This document shows, piece after piece, positions 50,631-58,331 of a stretch of DNA of 58,331 nucleotides; within the stretch, counting starts at the first letter, position 1, and each line of letters starts with the position of its first letter. Made by a program: the position numbers and the translations under genes. This DNA comes from Octopus bimaculoides (taxonomy: Eukaryota). The notes below the pieces were generated by a model. That model saw only the letters and a program-made list of their open reading frames with translations, made no database searches and had not been told where the DNA came from. Location of the stretch: the NCBI RefSeq assembly GCF_001194135.2, contig NC_069001.1:16179571-16237901 (forward strand), in the 5' to 3' direction.

Positions 50631-51637
50631 AGCAGTGATTTAGCAGAAGTCCATAAGATCATTCACCATCATTCCAGCAACAACTTTGGCCACCTTCTTA
50701 AATTCAATACCTCTACAACCCTTGGACATGCTTATACAATTAGAAAACAGCATATCACTATGACTTTTAGGAATATTTATATGTACCAGTACCTTCTTTA
50801 TGGAGTACTATATGTGATAATATTTCCTAGTCTGTTAAGGCAATGAGCTGGCAAGATTGTTAACACACCAGGCAAAATGCTTAGTGGCATTTCTCCCACC
50901 TTCATGGTCTGAGTTCAAATTCTACCAAGGTTGACTTTACCTTTCATCCTTTCAGAGTCAGTAAAATAAGTACCAGTTGAGTACTGGGGTCAGTGTAATT
51001 GACTTAACCCCCTCCTCTGAAATTTATGGCTGTGTGCCAAAATTTGAAACTAATACTTTCAAGTCCATTAAAGTCATGAGCTGGTGAAATGCTTAGTAGC
51101 ATATCAACTGTCTTTTTGCTTTGAACTCAAATTCTGCCAAGGTTGACTTTACCTTACGTCCTTTCAAAGTTGATAAAATAAATACCAGTTGAGTATTGGG
51201 GTTGATGTAATCAATTTACGCCATCCCTTGAAATTTCTGTTTTTGTGCCAAAATTTGAAATCAATATTTTCTAGTTTGTTATATGTAACAATACCTTCTC
51301 TGTGGTCTGTTATATGCAATAGTTCTAACTATATTGTCTCCTATACATTGTGCTCCACATAGTTGCAGGAATTCTGTTATTTACCATTCTGTTTTTTTCG
51401 AGTTTTCATTTGACAAAATATCAACAACAATGGGTTTTTTTCTTGTACATCTAAACTCAACAGTTAGGAATGGTATTTCTGTAACTAATAGTATTTGCAT
51501 GTCTTCAGGAAGAACACATTAGATTGTAGTGTATTCCTAAAGACAATATTTCAGAATAAAAGTTGGGATGGTCATGGATAAAACATCTTTAATCACAGCT
51601 CTCAGGGGCAGGGCTGACTCAGAACTAAACTACTCCC

Positions 51638-51668
<31 letters not shown>

Positions 51669-52133
51669 CTGACAACAAGAACATCCATTATGGTTCCTTA
51701 AGCCCTTGAACTTCCTTTATCAGACTACATGGCTTTCTGGAACCAAATCCTAAAAAAATAAACATTCCCTCTTTTACTAAATTCTGTCTTTCCTATATTC
51801 CTGTTCCTTTTCTCATTGGCTGCCATTTTACCAATAATTCCACCACCATCCAACTCCACCCCCACCCCACACCTCATCTATACTGATGTAGATTAGTCAT
51901 CAAACATTGATTTTTGTGGCTATGACTAAACACATCTCACTTCCATTCAGAAATACAAACACACACACACATGCATGCATGCACACACACGCACACATGC
52001 ATGCATGCGCACACATGCACACGCACGCACACACGCACACAAATCATCACCACCACCACCTTTGCTACTACCATCGTCATCGTTACTGTTGCAAACACAA
52101 GTGATACTCCAAATGAGCAGACAATCTCAACAG

Positions 52134-52189
<56 letters not shown>

Positions 52190-54178
52190 CATCATCATCT
52201 TTTAACATCTGTACTCCATGCTGGTATGGGTTGGACAGTTTAACAGAACCCAACAAGACAGAGAATTTCACTGAACTCCTGTGTCTGCTCTAACACGATT
52301 TCTCTATATTTGGATGACTTTCAAAGACCACCCACTTTACAGAGGGTATTTACTTTTTACTTGTTTCAGTCATTAGACCGTGGCCATGCTGGGGTACCAC
52401 CTTGAAGAATTTTAGTCGAATGAATCAACCTCAGGACTTATATTTATTTTAAGCCTGGTACATATTCTATCAGTCTCTTTAGCCAAAGCGCTAAGTTACA
52501 GGTACATAGATACACCAACACCAGTCAAGCAGTGGTGGGGGACAAACCAAGACACACACACATACATATATGGGGTGGGTACTGAAAAGTTCCTGGCTTC
52601 AAGGGTATCACGAAAGGCCTGGCTGGAGGTCCAACCTTCCGAGTTCTTTTACAGGGCTTAGAAAAACTGAAGGACCACTGCAATACGTGTGTGAATCTGA
52701 GAGGAAAAAATGTTGAATAAAATTATAATTTACTGATCCTCCTGCATTTTTTTCTACTGACAGCCAGAACTTTTCAACAGCCCCTCATGAATGTGTGTGT
52801 GTGTGTGTATATATATANNNNNNNNNNNNNNNNNNNNNNNNNNNNNNNNNNNNNNNNNNNNNNNNNNNNNNNNNNNNNNNNNNNNNNNNNNNNNNNNNNN
52901 NNNNNNNNNNNNNNNNNNNNNNNNNNNNNNNNNNNNNNNNNNNNNNNNNNNNNNNNNNNNNNNNNNNNNNNNNNNNNNNNNNNNNNNNNNNNNNNNNNNN
53001 NNNNNNNNNNNNNNNNNNNNNNNNNNNNNNNNNNNNNNNNNNNNNNNNNNNNNNNNNNNNACAAAAAATAAATAACTAAATGAATGAATATCAAACTGGT
53101 GAGGTCACAGAAGTGTGACGAAAGAACTCTGGCCAAAATACGATTAATGTAAAATAAAGCTGAAACAAATTAACACCAAATATATAGTGCTTGTGTTTTT
53201 ATTGGCTAAACTGGCAACATGACCATCCCCAAATACAACAATATAGTTTTCAACACACGATTTCACATCAAGAATCTTGCAAAACAAATATATAAACATA
53301 TATATATGTAAATAAATATATATATATATATGTAAACATATATATATATATATATATATAATGAGCTTTCAGTTTCCACCTACCAAATCTACTTGCAAGG
53401 CTTTGGTCAGCCCAAGGATATAGTAGAAGACACTTGCCCAAGAATCCAGAACCATGTGGTTGAGAAGCAAGCTTCTTACCACATAGCCATGCCTGCAACT
53501 GGGTGCTTTTATTTCATGGCACCAGAACTAGAGAGGTTGCCATATAATTTGCAAGACTAAAGCCTCTCCTTGACAGAGTAGAAGTAAAACACACACACAT
53601 GTGTGCGCATGTGTGATAAAACTCCACTCAAAATTCATACCAGCCACCTCAGGTACTTGTTAAAGAGCGTCTTCAGAGAGAGCATGCCAGACTGGCTGAT
53701 TAATGTGAGACTGATATTATATTCAGGTCACTTAAGGAGTGAGTGGGCAACACCTGTAGTGGGCATGCATCATACTGTCTTACTTGCCCATGAAGACATG
53801 TGGAATAAGAGACCCTTTACTTGGAAAACAGTCAAGGGTTAATGATAGGAAGAGCACCCAGCTATAAAACACTACCTCAAAAATATATTCATCCAGCTCA
53901 TGGTAGCAGGAAAAATTAATGTAAAAAATAAAACACCCATATAAACTGGTTTCAAATTTTGGCACAAGGACAGCATTTTAGGTGAGTGGGGGCACAAGTT
54001 CACTACATCAACCCCAGTGATCGACTAGTACTTGTACTTATTTTATCAACCCCGAAAGGATTAAAGGCAAATTCGACCTCAGCAGAATTTCAACTCAAAT
54101 TGTAAAGATTGATGAAATGCCACTAAGCATTTTGTTCAGTCTGATAACAATTCTGCCAACTCACCAGCTGAACAAACA

Positions 54179-54216
<38 letters not shown>

Positions 54217-54688
54217 NNNNNNNNNNNNNNNNNNNNNNNNNNNNNNNNNNNNNNNNNNNNNNNNNNNNNNNNNNNNNNNNNNNNNNNNNNNNNNNNNNNN
54301 NNNNNNNNNNNNNNNNNNNNNNNNNNNNNNNNNNNNNNNNNNNNNNNNNNNNNNNNNNNNNNNNNNNNNNNNNNNNNNNNNNNNNNNNNNNNNNNNNNNN
54401 NNNNNNNNNNNNNNNNNNNNNNNNNNNNNNNNNNNNNNNNNNNNNNNNNNNNNNNNNNNNNNNNNNNNNNNNNNNTCACATATAGAAAAATTAATAATTA
54501 AAAGCACAATAAATAATATAATACAAAGTGGATTTTCATCGATGAGTTCATGAACCTCTGTTCTTTTCCCTAAAACTCTATATTTATATATATTTTATAC
54601 TGTGAAACTTAATTTAATTTTAATTTTTAATAAATTGATTTTAATTGAGTTTTTACCTGTAATTTTGGATTTTATCCCTAATATTATT

Positions 54689-54731
<43 letters not shown>

Positions 54732-54784
54732 ATATACATACATGTATATATATATATGCATATAGATATTCACATATATACATA

Positions 54785-54944
54785 GGCACAGTTGTAGTTG
54801 TGTGGTAAGAAGCTTACTTCCCAACCATATAGTTCCAGGTCCAGTCCCGCTGTGTGGCACCTTGGGCAGATGTCTTCTACTATAGCCTTGGGTCGACCAA
54901 AGCCTTGTGAGTGGATTTAGTAGATGGAAGCTTAAACAAGCCTA

Positions 54945-54993
<49 letters not shown>

Positions 54994-55275
54994 TATATAT
55001 ATATACACATGTGTGTGTTTATATATATATATATATGCATGTATGTCCTTTGTGTCTATGTGTCCACCACCACTACCACTGCTTCACAACTGGTGTTGGT
55101 TGTTTACAACCCTGTAACTTAGCAGTTCAGCAAAAGAGACTGATAGATTAAATACTAGGCTTAAAAAAAAAAAAAACTAAAAACGTTCTGGAGTCAATTT
55201 GATTGACTAAAACCCTTCAAGGCAATGCCCCAGCATGGCCACAGTCAAATCACTGAAACAAGTAAAAGGTAACAA
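54785..55275 (+). mobile_element. SINE family A copy with expanded internal microsatellite
   Basis: Full head, body and tail with about 90 bp of (TA)/(CA)/(TG) inside. Confidence 0.85.
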
Positions 55276-55964
55276 ATAAAAGATACTTATACATGTATTA
55301 ATCTGATTATCAGTTTTACCAATAATATGTGACTAGTTAATAGTGGACTGATTCCTACAATATATAAATCAAAGGAGGAGGGCAAGACATTCATTTACCC
55401 CAACATTCTCTTCACTTCTACACAGATTCACCCTTTTTGATGGATATCTGCCAGCACACATTCATTGAAAAATAATACCCTCTCTCTCACTCTTGATCTA
55501 TACTGCTATCAGAAAAGGAGTTCTTTTCCCTACACTAAACACCATCACACCTCAACCTAACTGCTATCACTTAATACAGACTGTCGACATGATTGGTTAG
55601 CCAGCCATTATAGTCCAATTAGCAAAGAAAAATTACATTCATAATAAACAACTACAATCCCCTTCCACACAACCAGCTACTCTCCTTCTCTCTTTTTACC
55701 CAGGTATTCAGACATATCTCTACTACCCTTATTTCCATTTATTTCCTCTCAACATGTCCCTTCCTTTTCTAATAAATCATATTACAAGATATTTCCTTTC
55801 ACTTCCTGCAAACAATTCAAACCAGAAATATGTATGGCACCGAAAGCTACAGAGTTATTGTGTTAATTCCTTCACAAGAATCTATTGGAATATGAATAAA
55901 CTGTTCTGTTCTGTCTGTCCAGAGCCCTAGGACTCTTCAGGCCACTTACCTGGTTTCCAAGGTG

Positions 55965-56180
55965 TACGAGGGGGTTCTGAAAAGTTCCTGGCTTTAAGGG
56001 TATCATAACAGGTCAGGTTGGAGACCCAACCTTCTGAGTTCTTTTACAGGGCTTAGAAAAACTGAAGGATTGCTGCAATAAGTGTGAATTTGAGAGGGGA
56101 ATATGTTGAATAAAATAACCAATTGATCCTCCTATATGTTCTTTTACCTAAAGCAAGGAACTTTTCAGCACCCCTTCGTA
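55965..56180. mobile_element. Mariner-type MITE (about 215 bp)
   Basis: TIRs tacgagggggttctgaaaagtt and aacttttcagcaccccttcgta with terminal TA. Related copies lie at about 3478-3690, 44646-44866 and 52569-52788. Confidence 0.88.
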
Positions 56181-56817
56181 TGAGAGACCGAAATTGAAAC
56201 ATTCACCAGTAACTAGGATGCCAGTCCATCACAGATTTATTCATTTATGGCTGAGTGGGCTGACATAGTATAAAATGAAATGTTTAGCCCAAGAACGTAA
56301 CACACTGCACCCAATCCAAGAATTGAAACCTCAGTCTAACAAGAATATATTGTAATATATTGTAGTATGAATATATAATATATAATAGTGAAGGCACGTG
56401 ACCAAGTGGTGAGGGTATCTGACTCCTGATCGTAAGGTCATCAGTTCGACTGTGTCCTTGAGCAAGACACTTTATTTCATGTGGTTCCAGTCCACTCAGT
56501 TGGCAAAAATGTGTGGTTCCTGTATTTCAAAGGGTCAGCCTTGTCACATTCTGTGTCACGCCAGATCTTCCTGAGAACTGTGTTAAGGGTATGCATGTCT
56601 GTGGAGTGGTCAGCCACTTGCATGTTAATTTCACAATTATGCTGTTCCATTGATTGAATCAACTGGAACACTCGTCATCATAACTGACGGAGTGTCAGTT
56701 TTACATTGTAATACCTTCATAAAAATTTATTGTAATATGCAACAACAACAACTAAACAATCATTCTGTTCATTCCTTCACAAGAAATAACACAGAACAAA
56801 AAAATCCTATGCATTAG

Positions 56818-56977
56818 GCACAGGCATGGCTGTGTAGTAAGAAGCTTGCTTCCCAACCACATAGTTCTGGGTTCAATACCACTGCATGGCACCTTGGGCA
56901 AGTGTCTTCTATTATAGCCTTGGGCCGGCCAAAGCCTTGAGTGTGGATTTGGTAGACGGAAACTGAAAGAAGCCTGT

Positions 56978-57031
<54 letters not shown>

Positions 57032-57240
57032 GTCCCCCACCACTGCCTTGCAACTGGTGTTGATGTGTTTATATCCTCATAACTTAGTGGTCCACCAAAA
57101 GAAACCTTTAAGATAAGTACCAGGCTCAATGAAAACATAAGTACCAGAGTCAATTCATTTGACTAAGAATTCTTCAAAGCAGTGCTCCAGCATGACTACA
57201 GTCTAATGATTGAAACAAGTAACAGAAGAAAGATAAAAGA
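56818..57240 (+). mobile_element. SINE family A copy
   Basis: Full-length with internal (TG)n. Further copies or fragments lie near 40-280(-), 625-820(-), 8090-8410(-), 9475-9820(+), 9941-10089(-), 11605-11760(+), 15070-15340(+), 17860-18150(+), 33585-33750(+), 35930-36185(+), 52355-52560(-), 53360-53500(-), 57605-57960(+) and 58132-58331(+). Confidence 0.85.
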
Positions 57241-58331
57241 TTACACACACATGCATGAGTATATACACGCATAGAGCCACACACACACACACACACACAC
57301 ACTAGCTAAATCTTTTCTCTCACCACAGCATTTCACGCTACTGTGGATATTTCTGATATTGAGAGAGGATTCCAGAGTTAGACTTCACCACAGATTCAGT
57401 CGGGTTTTCTTACTTCTGTCTGTTGATCAAAAGCAGATTACGTATTACGTAATTACCATAATTCAGACACGCTCATAGCCATATTTTCATCATTACCTTC
57501 CAACATGTCTCTTTCCTTTCTTGATAAATCAGGTTTACTCTATGTGTGTGTGTGTGTGTGTGTGCATGTGTGTGTGCGTGTGTGTGTGCGTATTACACAC
57601 ACACACATAGTTCAGTGCTACTCTGTGGCACCTTTAACAAATATCTTCCAATATAACTTCAAGCTGATCAAAGACTTGTGAGTGGATTTGGCAGACGGAA
57701 ACTGAAAGAAGTCTGAATATGTATAAGTGTGAGTATGTGTATGTGTCTTTGTACCTGTGTTTCTCCCCTCCACTACTGCTTGACAACTGGTGTTGGTGTT
57801 TCACATCCCCGTAACTTAGTGGTTCAGCAAAAGAGACTGATAGAATAAGTACCAGGCTTAAGAAAATAAGTCCTTGGGTCGACTCATTCCACTAAAAGAA
57901 ATTCTTCAAGGCAGTGCCCCAGTATGGCCACAGTGTAATGACTGAAACAAGTAAAAGATGAAACAATATTTTACAGAAACCCCCCCCCCAAAAAAAAAAT
58001 CCCCATAACAATACAACCATGTCAATAACCATAACCAGTTCCCATAATAACAACAGTCTTCAAAATCTATCCTGTCTCTGTATCAACACTGAAAATTGAA
58101 TGCAAAATGGAAATCAAAATCATTTGAAAATATAGGTGTAGGAGTGTCTGTGTGGTAAGTAGCTTGCTTAACAACCACATGGTTCAGGGTTCAGTCCCAC
58201 TGCGTGGCACCTTGGGCAAGTGTCTTCTACTATAACCTCGGGCCGACCAAAGCCTTGTGAGTGGATTTGGTAGACGGAAACTGAAAGAAGCTCGTCGTAT
58301 ATGTGTGTGTGAGTGTGTGTGTGTGTGTGTG

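Noticed and set aside
55948-55980. Apparent 27-nt micro-exon (cttttcag|...CCAG|gtaagt) on the minus strand
   Set aside because: The acceptor lies inside the mariner MITE TIR and there is no other support.
57438-57452. Tandem TTACGTA(T/A) PAR-bZIP-like sites
   Set aside because: An 8-bp palindrome is expected by chance in 58 kb of AT-rich DNA.

Overview
AT-rich, repeat-dense animal genomic DNA with seven N gaps. The SINE, RTE and microsatellite landscape suggests a coleoid cephalopod such as an octopus; this is inference. Only one host coding exon is recognisable: a 234-nt phase 0-0 exon on the minus strand (46726-46959) encoding the core of a PET (Prickle/Espinas/Testin) domain, most like LIMPETin/Limpet. 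Most of the window is therefore probably intron of that gene. The rest comprises several tRNA-derived SINE families with swapped 3' modules, 5'-truncated RTE LINE ends, degraded RTE and CR1-like ORF2 fragments, a decayed Gypsy element with a putative short LTR and PBS, mariner-, hAT- and piggyBac-type MITEs, and many microsatellites. The most striking unannotated signal is at about 1848-2098: a 250-bp inverted repeat in which each arm folds into a type I hammerhead-ribozyme motif (CUGAUGA...GAAA core with stems I-III). Two further long hairpins occur at 4936-5073 and 36586-36764. Repeat boundaries were read by eye and are approximate unless a TSD or TIR is quoted.
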